NCBI GenBank assembly: GCA_012295275.1
Contig: CM022667.1
Span: forward strand, 10,044,001-10,108,000
Source: Chrysomallon squamiferum
Taxonomy: Eukaryota; Animalia; Mollusca
Direction of reading: 5' to 3'
Length of the DNA: 64,000 nt
Positions 27,252-40,339 of the stretch are shown in pieces (position 1 is the stretch's first letter; the number at the start of each line of letters is the position of its first letter). The notes beneath the pieces are model-generated. The model made no database searches and was not told the origin of the DNA. It worked only from the letters and a program-made list of their open reading frames with translations. Made by a program: the position numbers and the translations under genes.

Positions 27252-28990
27252 CATGTTTGTGTGTGTGTGCATGCGCGTGCGTGTGTGTGTGTGTAGTTCA
27301 CAGTGAGTGCTTACTGTTTTGTTTCTCGTGCGTACAGGGGTGAGTTGGGTGGACATGCACTTGCTTGCAGAACGGACACTGCTGGAGAAACTGAAGGAAA
27401 TAGGTCTGGTCAAGGGAGACATGGATGACATGATGAAAGTCCGACTGGGGGCTGTGTTCATGTCGCATGGCCTCGGCCACTTCATGGGGATTGATACTCA
27501 CGACGTCGGTGGATATCCCGAGGTAACATTTGAATTCAGAACTTGTGTATTTGTACGTAGGCACATATACGTCATTAGATTTTATTGTCATTTTTTTTCT
27601 TCAGATGATTATAAAAAAATGAAGTTATTACATTTTCAAAAAAGAAACAATAGATTTGCAAGTTGAAAATATGAACATCTGTCCAAAAAATTGCAATATC
27701 CTGAACATTTAATCTGAGGCTGAGAATGTCATAATAGGTTGTGTTTTTGTTTTTTTTGTTAATCATCTCTCCCCATACAGTTTAAATTCTGGTCTGCTTA
27801 ATGACATAATTTAAATATATATATTTTTTCATGACACTGGCTCTAGTTTTTAACTGCAGTTGTTGCTGTCCGTAGGGCACAGAAAGACCAAAAGGTGATG
27901 GAATCTGCTGTTTGAGGACTGCCAGGGTTTTGGAAGAGAGGATGGTGATCACTATAGAACCAGGATGTTATTTTATTGATGTTGTAAGTTTACATAGAAT
28001 GATTACTCATATATTTTAAGATTTTTGGATGTTATATAGTCAGTTATATTATTACTTTTTTTAAAATTATTATTAGAGATTTTGATATTAATAAAAAAGT
28101 AAAAGGTATCATCCCAAAAATATATTTTTTTTATATTTGTTTTTTCACATCTATCTTCATTACTTACTTTTTTTTTTTTTTTTGAAGAAATAAAAACTTT
28201 TATAGTCTTTCCTCAAAAGACTGCACTTTAAACACAACCAAAAGAAATACTGGTACATTTTAACAGTGATGTAGAAGTAAGGTTTATGGTACTTTTCTTC
28301 TTAATATGAAGAAAACATTAGGATGAAATCACTGTTAAGAACAAATTTAAAAAGTTTGTATGAATGTACATCTGGTACAACATAAACTTAATCCACTCAA
28401 TAATTTGTTTTAAAATGATTTGCAGGAAGCAATTCTTTAAAAAAATAGTAATAGTTATATAACAAAAAAAAACTGCAGTCAATCTTTTGTCTTGTGTTTA
28501 AATTTGTTTAGCTTCTTGATGCAGCACTGAAAAATGAAGAACAAGCCAAATTCCTGGTTCCAGAAGAGATAGAAAAATATCGATCGTTTGGTGGAGTAAG
28601 TACAATAATTTTGTAACGTAAATGTTGAAATGAACTACATAAATATATAAAAAAATAATGAGCTGTGAAGTTTTTTTAAATTTGTATTTTTTTTTTTTTT
28701 TTTTTGCATGATTTTTGTTCAGTTTTTTTAATGGTTAAAGAGATATATTTATTTTATTTATTTCAAGACTGGCTATATGCAGATAATAGTGTTGAATTAA
28801 GTATTTATTAATGTGACCAAACTGTTTGTGTTGAAAGGTGCGGATAGAGGACGACATTGTTGTCACTCAAGATGGAATGGAACTGTTGACGTGCGTTCCC
28901 AGAACTGTCGAGGAAATCGAGGCCCTCATGGAGCAAGGGAGACAATCCACTCAACCACCTCTTCCTCAGGAGAGGCCAAAACCTGTGTGA
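18438..28990 (+). CDS. PEPD: Xaa-Pro dipeptidase (prolidase), 499 aa
   Basis: 16 exons: 18438-18457, 19658-19841, 20713-20840, 21339-21402, 21859-21906, 23456-23517, 23775-23819, 24234-24309, 24947-24993, 25359-25427, 26111-26188, 26696-26844, 27338-27522, 27876-27983, 28512-28595, 28838-28990 (1500 nt). M24B motifs [67 protein letters not shown]; all metal ligands present. Confidence 0.97.
25428..26110 (+). other. GC-AG intron in PEPD
   Basis: Donor AG|GCAAGT. Only the GC donor keeps [18 protein letters not shown] in frame; the GT 4 nt downstream frameshifts. Confidence 0.88.
26849..26970. repeat. 61-bp tandem duplication in PEPD intron 12
   Basis: ATGTCTCAGCCATTTTTCATTGTAGATTCATGTGTTCTT at 26849 and 26910. 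Confidence 0.9.
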
Positions 28991-31373
28991 GTTTATTTCA
29001 GAAAAACTAGAAATAAAAAGTTCATGGTTCTGTTTGTGTTATCGAAGACTACTGTAAAATAATTTCAGGCAGGATCTGCAGGAGTTACCAGCAACAAATC
29101 AGTGTCTCATTCAATCAGTTATTAATCAGTTTGATTTCAACATTATTTAGTAAATTATGAAATGTAATTGAAAGTTGATTAATAACACCGTTATTGCTTA
29201 AAAAAAAAAAAAAAAAAAAAAAATTTCCACATTTTTAATGACAATAATTTATGATAGGTTATGATTAAATTTGTTTTTGAAAACTAAACTACATCCCATA
29301 AATGTATCTGGACAATTCTTTTGCTGCTGGTATTTTTATCTTATCATTTTGTAAAATAATGCAATATGCATTAATTTTAGAATTAGAGGAAATAATTTTT
29401 ATAAAATATATATTTTTGAATATGCTTCACTTCAACTATAATATTCTGTCCTGGAGACGATAAATAATGCTCTGCTGCTATGCAAATGAATATTTTTATA
29501 CATCTCATGCTTTTTCCTCAATTCTCCAGCTTGGCAAAGAATGTTTTCTTTTGTTGTGTAATTAAAGTAATTGTTTTTCAAAACTTATAATTCTCAATAA
29601 AGCCATAAAAATTGATCTTTGTTGTTCATTTTATCACTGTAGGTTAGAAATTTCTATTCTGTGGTACGAGATCACAAAAGTTTATATACTTGCTGAAATC
29701 CAAAATGTATTTAAGTATTTCAAGACTAAATAGTATTTTTCTGAATTAAGTAAAGAAATTTCCAGTCAAACCCAAAATAAATATATATTTGTCTGTGTTT
29801 AATATTACAGTACATTTAATTATTTTTTTAATTAAGATAACTGATACACCTGAATTGTTTGCAATTTTGTTGCTTCATATCAAAATTAACCAACATTGTT
29901 CAGATTTTTTAAAAAATTTTATCCACATTAATATATTACTAGTGTTTGATTTAGTCATGTTATTGTTACACATCTGAACTATTTTATATATATTTGTTAT
30001 TCCATAAAGCTCAAAAAAAAAAAAAATAAAAAAATAAATAAAACAAACCAAAATCTCAATTATCACAAATGATAAATGCATTTAATATTTTTTCTTTCTT
30101 TTTCTCAAACACTAAATTATAATCTATATATATATATATATATTACAAATCAGAATAGGCAAGTTACTAACAACACAAACTAAATGTGATATTAAAATGA
30201 TTAAGAATATTTTGAGGGACAGGATGTGTATTTAAGAAGCCAACTTTTCGATGGAGCCAATATTTACACATTTATAAAGTAAAATTTAAAGATCCACTGT
30301 AAAAATTTTGGTGAACATTTCCTTCACTTTTAACAATTTGTGATTGAATGAATTAATGTACAAATGAATGTGCAACAAAACTCAAGCATTTGTTTTGGTT
30401 GTTTTTTGACATTTTTTTTCATTCACCTATAAAAATTTCATTTTTGACCTCCCCATCACCCCCCGCTTTTTATCAGTTTAGTTTTCTTCACCCTTACATG
30501 GTTCACCAGTTCTGTACTAGTACTCCATGGATGATTTCAACAAAACATCACACACACACACAAACACACACACAATGCCACATGGAAATTTATGAATATA
30601 GAAATAAAGAAAATACACCATCTGTAAAGATTTGTCTTTCATAAATTCATTTTACTTTTACTGTTAAAGATTTGTGAAATTTCTCAGATATGAATATAAA
30701 AGAAAGTCGTTTTCAAGAATTCATTTTTATTAATCACAGTTCCAAGGTTTCTTAGATTAAAAATATGTTTGCTTCATATGCTTTATTTATACTAACTAAA
30801 AAAAAAGAGAAAAAAAAAAAAGGTTTATTATTACCTCAAGCCCACAAAAGAAACTGGACACAATGAGTCATGTGCAGTGTTTTTTAAATGAATACTGCAA
30901 TAATTTAAAGGCTGGTGTAAGAGATTTGGGGGTTATTTTCTTTTGTGTAAGGTGAAACATCAAACATTTTATTGTTAAAACTGTATTTCATTATGTGTAT
31001 ATATATATTTATACATAATAAACATTAATAAGTACACAACTCAAAATCTAAACTGAAATTTGTACAGCTAATGTTTTAAATATACAATACAAAAATAAAT
31101 ACTAAAAATAACGAAACAGTAAATTATTTTTAAAAAAACAAGAAAAACCTTAAATTTCCACTTTCAACCTGACTACCAACATATACCTGAAGAATTTCTG
31201 TCTTTTCTGCTGTCCAAGATATTTTTAAAACTGTACTTAAACTTTTAAAGCATTTATCTTTGTTATTCAACATTTTTAGAAACATTCTGACACTACAATG
31301 TATACCTATGAAAACAAATTTGCTTTGTTTCAAAGCTGTGTACACATACATAGTAGCAGTACTTACAGCTCAG

Positions 31374-31413
<40 letters not shown>

Positions 31414-32507
31414 AACACGAGACCTAACAAACTCACTTATACAACACACTTGTGAAATGTTCAAATCAACACACAGAGACAACTGCAACCTTGAACATTT
31501 ACACTGACAAACTTTATAACTATCACTATCAAAACTATTTTAAAATCTGACAAGCAGCCAGGAAATAAAAACTTAAAACAGAAAGAGAATTGCAAACAGG
31601 ATGAGCCTTTGTTACATCGATTATTATTACTTATTTGTTTCTGTTCACTTTTTTATTTGATATTTTACTGTGGCAAAAGGAGACATGAAAATTGAAATTG
31701 AAGAATTTATTAACCTGTTTTCTTATGTTATATTTTCAGAAAAAACTAATAAATACTTGAGATCATCAGAAGTTATTTATTTTTATTATTTTTAAAGACT
31801 TTTCTTTACTGGCCCATTGTATTGTGCTGGTTTATAATTCTACATCAGTGACAAAATAACTTTAAAAAACACTAGTATTAATAATCTGCTTTCAAATTAA
31901 CGAACTCAAATAACTGAATATCCTATTACACACATACAAACTAAAAAAAAAAAAAAGAGGAAAAATAATGTCTAATTCATTTACTGGAAGAAACATCCAA
32001 GACAAATACTGAATGTGAAGGGATGGGTTTAAAAAAAAAAAAAAAAACACTCAATGAATGACATGAAGCAAATTTGTTCCAACTCAAAATTCGTTATATG
32101 CATATACTTTAAAATATTTTATTCTTTTGTTTTTATTGTATTATTGTTGTTGTTTTAAAAAACAGCACATCATCAGACATCAGACTTGCTCACTTCTCAA
32201 ACATTAAAAATAATAATAAAATTCTACTAGAAATAAATACGGTTTTCAAAATTTATAAAGTCTAAATAGTTACTTGATTGAACCAAGCTCTGACCAACAG
32301 GACACAACAATCAGCCGCTCTCAGCTGAACACTGGGCTACATCACAAAAGGCTAAGAGCTCACCCATCCAGGGATACAGCATCTTAACCTGTTTATGCAT
32401 TTGTTTTTTGTTTTTGTTGTAAAATTTTGTTTGTTTTTTTCTTCGTAAAATCTTTAATTTTTTTCTTTCTTTTTATTCTTAAAGGGTTTATTATCTAAGT
32501 CTGTTTA

Positions 32508-35500
32508 TTATTGATGGGCACACTGCACACGTGGTCCATGGTGATCCTCCTCATCATCCTCGTCGTACGCCTCACCCCTCATGCGCCCACTGCCCCGAGT
32601 GTCTTCAAAGTCCACAAGATTAACCTCCTCAACATTCTCACCATCCAACATCTCAACCTCTGTCCTGGGTGGGAGTAGCGCTTCAAGTGCCTGTTTTTAG
32701 TGAAAATAATTTCATTAATTTATTTCACTGTGTTAACCCACATGTGGATTATGTGATAGATTACAATATTTATATTCATCTACATTAGTCTTTACTACTA
32801 TATTTAATGTTCAACACTAGTGCAAATACAGTTTTTAAAAGTGTCTTGTGTTTGTAGTAGTCTAGTGTACAAAAACATGATTCGGTATATTTATAATAGA
32901 TAAATGTATACATAGATCTCATATAGGATATCCCTAGAGCAAGCCAACTCGAGCAGTAACCTGCCCAAGATAGATATAAATTTACAACATACGGGAATCT
33001 CCTTGACAACATGATTAATATAGTAATTTTAAAGATGTATATATATTGCATGTAATTTATATTTTTAAAATACATCAGTCCTCGCTAAGTGCCACTTGTA
33101 CATAGACAAACAAAAGCATTTCAAAACATATGTAAATTATATAGATATATATATATATGCACATGGGTAGGTTTCTTGTTTGATAAGCTTTACCTTCAGT
33201 TTCTCATCAGATATAAAGTTCTGTTTTGGGAAAGTGATTTCAAATTTGATATACAAATTTCCTTTTTCAAAAGGATTTCTATAGATCGGCATTCCTTCAT
33301 TTCTTACTGCACGGATCATTCCTTAAAAAAAAACAAATTTAATACACTAAATACCTTCAACAACTGTACATTTGAAACAATGTTTTTGAAGGTTTCCTAA
33401 AACACACATAAACAGAGGATTTTTTATAATACAGTAATCAATAATGAAATCTCATTGACAACAGAGAATATATTCAAGTAACTGACATAGAAACATTGTA
33501 AACTGATAAATAGAGAAGTCAGCATCCTTATTTCACAAGTATTGTTTTAAATTATTCACGAACAGCAGAGACTATATACTAGACAAGATACTTGTATTTT
33601 TATAATTATTCATCAAAAACTTACTTACAGTAGAGATTATTTGCAAGTAATACATATGGAAACATCCTTTGACTTCAAATGCTGGTATTTAACAAATTAT
33701 TCACTAATAAAGATAACATACAAGTAATTTACTAAATAATGTTTTAAACTGATACATCTAGTAAAGTAAAGAGACTGGTATTTTTATAATTGTTCAATAA
33801 CAAAATCTTCCTTACAGATGAGAGAAGAAAAAAAAAAAAAAAAAAAAAAACATTATAAACTGATAAATCCAATGAAGTCAAGACACTTATTTTATAAGTA
33901 TTCATTAATGAAGATTCCCCAAAAGCAAAAATTATATCTAAGTAATGAATGAATGTTTAACTATACCAAAATTATAATTATTCATCAACAAACTTTCACT
34001 GACAGAGATTATTTCCAATTTATACACAATGAAATAAACTTATGCTTTCAGTGAAGAAAAATCCTGGGGATTTTAAAATGATTTGCTAACAGCAGAGATT
34101 GTATGCTAGTAATGTACAAATATGTTTTAAAGACAAGACACTGATGTATCTTGTAATTATTCATCAAAAACTTTCACTAACAGTAGAAATAACATGCAAC
34201 TAATACACACTGAAACTGATGCATCCAGTGAAGGCAAATGATGATAAAAATTATTCACTAACAGTAGAAACTGTATACACTATCAAATGATTTATAGTCA
34301 AACACTGGTGTTTTTACAATTATTCATCACAAATCTGCAGTAACAGAAGAGATAATTTTCAAATAATTCACAAAGAAAAATGTTTTAAACTAAAGTTAAA
34401 TGTTGTTACTTTAAATACACACAACACACAACTAATAAAATACTGATTTGCATTTAGTAGTGTAAGTTATTTTTGGGGTGATCAGTTGACACACTACTAC
34501 ATACCTGGATTGATTACACTGCCAGGTGGGTTTTTCACAAGAAGATCACGACCATCGAGATGTTTTAATGTGAAATGGAACCCACACAGAGCCTCTGTTA
34601 GACCAATTGTGTAGGTACAGAACAAATCATTGCCCTCGCGTGAAAAAAAGTCATGTTCTCTCTGCTGCAGAACTATTATCACATCACCTGGCTCCATGTC
34701 AGGCTGTTAGCAAAATATATTAATATTACAATGAATTTATTATCAGTATATCCACTGCACGAAAATCAAAGCCTATGTATCCATTTCAGATTGATATAAT
34801 AATTATGGAAGAAGAAGCCAAACTGCAGTAATTAGGAAACAAGTTATTTTTGTTGTGCTTAGAATACTACTGTAATTGCATACTGAATACAGAGCAGATA
34901 AGAATGCAGGTGGTTAAACAGAGATTACAAAAAAAAAGAAAAAAAAAAAAGAAAGATAATACCAAAAATAAATGTAAGCAAGGAAACATTTTCAAGATTG
35001 TTGTATTTCTTTTTTGGCTTTTCACCCCTCATTTCAAAATATAAACAAATGCCAAAGCTACAATTTTTCATTATTAATTTTCCCTACCATTTTATCCCCT
35101 TCACTGTTGTTATCATTTTTAAAAGCTTAAAATTCATTTAATCGACACCAGGACTAGGATCACAAAAATTATTCAACTATTCTTACCAGCTGATCCCCCT
35201 CTCCTCTGAATGGGATCTTCTGTCCATCACGCATACCCTTGTCAACGTGAACCTCTAGTATTTTTGTTTCACTTGTTACTTTTTTGCCTTTGCATTCTTT
35301 ACACCGGTCCTTTTCATTAATCATTTCACCTGCAATAGAACATTTCAAAACGGTCACTACATACTGATTCTGCACACAATCAAAACCGTGACTTTGATGA
35401 CATTTGCGAATATCGTAATCATCAGAATCTGTCTAGAATGTTTATGATAATACTGATTAACATCTAGCTCAAGCAAAATTTGCCACAGGCCAAAACTAAA

Positions 35501-38500
35501 TATGAAGTCAACAACAATAATAATAAAAAAAAAAAATATGTTATAATCCCACCGTATTTGATGATTTATAATATGTGTTTGTAAATTTGCTTACCTTCAC
35601 CGTGGCATTCTGGACATATAGACTGCATCTGCTGAACCATGCCCGGTCCAAGCTGTCTCATGGTCACTTTGACCCCACGGCCCTGACAGATGCGACACTT
35701 GGTCATGGCCCCCTGTTTTCCACCCAGACTGAAAGAAAAATTAAACTTTAATGTTGATTGCAGTCTTTTATAAAAGAAATTCAAGGCTTTTTGTGTAAAG
35801 AAATTTATGATTCTGTGGTGACTGTCTTCAGGACTAGAAAACTGAAGTGAGACGGATACAAACATGACTAGTTTTAACATTTTTACAAAATTAGTAATAA
35901 ACAAGAATGTTATCTTAAGAATGAATTTTATTTTATGCATTTTCTGTGGGATCTTCAAATCAATTTACCAACTGGACTGTACATTAACATTTTAAAATCA
36001 CAATATGACCAAATAAAAGCAACAATTTATGTGGTATCAACCAGTTAGCAGGTCAGATGTAACAGAATGTTTTACACAAATATTAATTGTAGTCATGTAG
36101 CAATAACAACAGTTTCAACCCAATACAATTGTTCTATCACTGTCATTAAATAAGAATCTGTCTTACCCATTACACTTTTTGCAAATCACAGTTTTACTAA
36201 GCTGTAGTTTGGCCGTTTTACCATTGTACAGATCTTCTAAGGAAACCCTAGAAACAAGTTTGTGGTGAAAGCAAAATTAGCATTGGTAAATAATAACAAT
36301 AATAGTAATAAAAAGATGGTGTCAAATACAAGTGTATAATTACTATCATTGCTAGCTGACATTTGCTGACACATAATGATAAAAAATTAAGTGAAAGTTT
36401 GAGGCAATTGTTTTTAATAATTATTTAAAAGATACTGTTTATATTATGAAAATGACAAAAATATAACAAAAGCTAACATTCAGTAAATCACTGCAGACCT
36501 GCCATATCATCTCTGAATCTGATTTTGTTTTTAATTTTATTAACATTTCCACTTTTTCTCATAATCATATTCTGTTCTATTAATTTTTCTAGAATAAAAC
36601 AATTGTGGCTGTAAAGTTTAGTTAGCTTCAAAGTATTTTGTTAAACATCTCAATGGAAAATGTATCTTGGACTGTGTAACAGAATAAAAACAAGAATACT
36701 ACCAAATTTACATCAAAGATTATATATTTCAAAAATAATCAGGCAAAATAACTTCTCAATAATAGTGTTATTTACTGGGAACTTGAACAGTACCAAAGAT
36801 AACAATTTTTTTCTGTTTGTGTAGGAGTATTTTTTAAAGCAGATACATACCAAATAACTTATTATAAAATTTAATAATAGTGGTCTTACCGAAGTGGATG
36901 CATTGTATCTTCGCCTCGTTTTCTGCGATTCCGTCCTCCCCCCATACCACTCATCCCAGGGAAGCCGAAAAAGCCTCCAAACAAGTCATCAAAGAGACCC
37001 CCTCCAAAACCAGGACCTTTGAAAAATAAATATATACATGTAACAATTATAGTAATAAAAGTAGCAAAAAATTAAAATCTCTGACGGATATTGCAGTCAT
37101 TAATTTACCATGAAGTTGAAATTTAAAAAAAAACAATTTACAAGTAATTTTGAAAAGGAAAGAAATATTTACCTCCACCTGCACCTTCTTTGAGACCTTG
37201 CAGCCCATATCGGTCGTATGTTTCACGCTTTTCTGGACTCGACAAAACTTCGTAAGCGAAACTTATTTCTTTGAACTGGAAAATAATACAAAATAAAAAT
37301 ATTAAAATATTTTTCTAACGGTGGTTATTATCACAAAGATAAAAGAAAATGTATACCACCTTCCTTATTTTGTTACCCTTCATTTGTTTCTGGCAACAGA
37401 ACATATCATAAAGAAAAATACAAAAATGTTTTCAGTTGGTTCTTTTTGTTAGCACTGCTGAAGACATCACTTTCAAACAATTATTGAAAAGAATTGCTGT
37501 TTTGCGTTCACAAAAATTGGACTAGAATGGCAACAGTAATCTGAATATATTCAGAAATGTATTTTTAGAGTATATATATATTTTTGTAATATCATTAGAT
37601 GTACTACAAATTTAAATAGCTTTCTCACCTTCTCTCCAGCTTCAGGATTCTTGTCTGGGTGGTATTCTTTGGCAAGCCTGTAGTAAGCCTGAAAATAATT
37701 TAGTTTTATCTATATTCTTCTGACCTTATACATTAGAAAATACAAATCATTTACATCCTGAAAATTAATAAAGGAAATATCCCCAATTAATTTGTCATAG
37801 TTACTGACAAATATGTCATGGCAACCACAGATTTAACTGGGTAACTATAACTATTACTTATTATTTCTGAGCAAATAATCAAGTCAAAAACCTCCTCAAA
37901 ATTAAAAAAAAAATGAAATTTTTTGAAAATGATGAAATATATATTTGTTATTAATCACTGTTAGGTTTAATTAAATATCTGGACGATTATTAATACGATT
38001 ATTAATATCCTGGTATGAGATTTCTACATTAGGAACGCATAGATCTTGAATTGTTGTTTTTTTCCCTTATATTTCATTTTCTTATGTATATTTTTGTTAC
38101 AGTATTGATTGCAGTCACAATTCAAGTAATGGTATTTATAGGAGTGTTACAATTACACACTTTATACTATATCAGCTTTTCTGAAGATAACTGATTAACG
38201 TTGTTCTTGAGTAGCAGTGGACAGATGAAAAGACCCCCAGAAAACAACCTGCTGATTTCTATGAATAAACCTTTTATGACTGTGTTCAGAACATTCTTGC
38301 TTTCGAAATTTTAGTTTGTTAACTTCAAGTATTCCCAAAAAAGTGAAAATTAGTCTTACAAGTCATCCAAGTAAATTTAGCATGAGAGTAATCTTTTTAA
38401 AAATATATATATATATGCATTCATTAGATCATTTATTTAACTTCAGTTCTGCCAAAGTTTATTTAAATATATTGTTGATGGTTTATTTGACTGCTAATAA

Positions 38501-39388
38501 TGCTGTTTGCAATTCTTTGTTGTGATAATGGTCATCTCTGGGGGAATGAGTAACATCAACAAAATGGTGCCTCTAACTAATCAACAACATTTGTTTAATG
38601 TATTTATAAACTACGTGAATGCTTTTGTTTTTTTCTCTGATTCTGTTTTTCAGTTTTTCTCTTCAACTAAATAAAAATTGTTTAAACATTAATGAGATAC
38701 AGGAATTTTTTGTTTTCTGTTGACACTGATTCACATTATTTGGCCAATTAACATATTAAAACAATAGGAAACAAAAATTGGTACATTTTCCAGTACTAAA
38801 ATTTAATTTTCAAAATATATCCAAAAAATTTGGTCTCCTTTGATTTGTTTCTCAAGTGTCTATCCAATGAAACAGGAAATTTTCTGTTTCTCCGAATTGA
38901 ATCGTTTTCTAACATACCTATTATTTTATAATTTAATAATTTTGTCTTTCAAAAAAAAAAAAAAATAATAAAAAAAAAAAAAAAAAAAAAGTAGCGTAAC
39001 GACCGTTTTTCAACATCTGAAAAAACATACAAAAAAAAAAACCACCCCACAAAACAGGCGGTTTCGAATATAAATAAAATATCATGGAAACAAAATATTT
39101 ATATGTAATATGATTTTATCTTAATTATCCAATTACGAAAGCAATTGTAACCATAAATAAGTTATGACGAAACGGAAGCAATTTATCAAATCAAATGTCT
39201 TTGTCATTTTATAAAAAACACTTATACCCTTCAAAAGGTATTTTTAATTCCTATAAAAATTAACTCAGTGGGTTCTTTTAAAATATGAATCATTGTAATC
39301 AACGATTCTTCTATAATACCTTTTTAATTTCTGAATCTGAAGCATTTTTCCCCACACCCAAAATGTCGTATAACTTTGTGTCGGCCAT
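32508..39388 (-). CDS. DNAJA2: DnaJ homolog subfamily A member 2 (type I Hsp40), 408 aa
   Basis: Exons 39388-39320, 37688-37629, 37275-37173, 37016-36890, 36247-36167, 35728-35595, 35329-35187, 34703-34505, 33321-33194, 32690-32508 (1227 nt). J domain with HPD, G/F region, four CxxCxGxG zinc repeats, and C-terminal CaaX CAHQ (DNAJA2-type). Confidence 0.95.
33430..34395. repeat. Degenerate tandem repeat (~90-bp units, about 10 copies) in DNAJA2 intron 8
   Basis: AATTATTCAyyAA...ACAGyAGAgAT...ACTGAT recurs at about 33550, 33603, 33695, 33787, 33975, 34155, 34248 and 34318. Confidence 0.7.
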
Positions 39389-39406
39389 CTTACACGAGGT
39401 TGATAC

Positions 39407-39466
39407 TGACGTCACTAAAACATACTAACTACAGCGCTGTGTGTATGTTTCTGGAACTTTCACGGA
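39407..39466. promoter_or_regulatory. DNAJA2 proximal elements: palindromic CRE and heat-shock element
   Basis: TGACGTCA at 39407-39414; TTCtgGAActTTC at 39449-39461 is a perfect three-unit nGAAn HSE. Confidence 0.75.
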
Positions 39467-39862
39467 ATACAAGGGAGTTCACTCTAACTTGTTTAACATA
39501 ATAAAACTCCTCGACTCGCTTCGTCGACTTTTGTTAAATACATTTTTTTCTCATTTGTAATGCACAAATGCACAAATCAATTTTTAAGAATAAATTTAAA
39601 AAACGATTTAATTAGGGGAAAGCGAGAGACCAAAAATAATGAAACAACAATAACAACAACAGCAATAAATTGAATAATAATAATAATAAGAATAATAAAA
39701 GGATAATTGTTTTTCACTGAAACATAGGATGCTGAAAGCTTCGGCACGTGCTTAACCAGAGTGGTGACTACAATAGATATATCTATCTAGCGTATTATAA
39801 TTTTACTCTATAATTTTTTTTTATTTGTAATATATTTGTCAAAATAATATAACTGGATATAT

Positions 39863-40026
39863 CGGGGGTCATCAACATTTGGCCCGCGAAGGCTTTAGAC
39901 CGGTCCACCAACTGAACACTTGGACACCAATTGTTACAGTAACTTCGTTGTTGTTTTTCTTTAAACCTCCAGACCAACGCAGCCTTGCTTCCTAACATCC
40001 CTTTTTGTTCACAATATTGAAGACAG

Positions 40027-40094
<68 letters not shown>

Positions 40095-40178
40095 AGTGAT
40101 ACATTTGATATCTTGGCCCTCCTCCAATACTTTGCATAGTTGTCTGGTTCGCGCTCTCCAAAAGGTTGCCGACCCCTG
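39863..40178. mobile_element. Non-autonomous hAT-type MITE with internal (GA)n
   Basis: Imperfect TIRs CGGGGGTCATCAAC (39863) and GTTGCCGACCCCTG (40165-40178; reverse complement CAGGGGTCGGCAAC). 8-bp TSD GGATATAT (39855-39862) / GGATACAT (40179-40186). Subterminal GGCCCGCG. Confidence 0.85.
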
Positions 40179-40339
40179 GGATACATAATTACATGTTCGT
40201 TCATGATATAAATAATGCTAGTCGTTCTAACATTATTGTTTTATTTCATTGTTTAATAATAATGTATATAGAGAGAGAGGCGTACGTAGTTAGATATAGT
40301 TAGGTAGATAGATAGATAGATAAACAGACAGATTGCAAT

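Noticed and set aside
32270-32345. tRNA-like GATGTAGCCCAGTG...GGTTCAATC on the minus strand in the DNAJA2 3'UTR
   Set aside because: No acceptor stem or cloverleaf can be built; at most a decayed SINE head.
33430-34395. Repeated TGATGA (C-box) on the DNAJA2 sense strand suggesting a C/D snoRNA array, or a CRISPR-like repeat
   Set aside because: Whole units are degenerate copies of each other, with no unique spacers, no consistent D boxes and no terminal stems; an ordinary minisatellite in a eukaryote.
39795-40204. Minus-strand ORFs with a SAP-like phrase (GSKAALVWRF)
   Set aside because: They lie within a TIR/TSD-bounded MITE and cross a (GA)n tract; not a gene.
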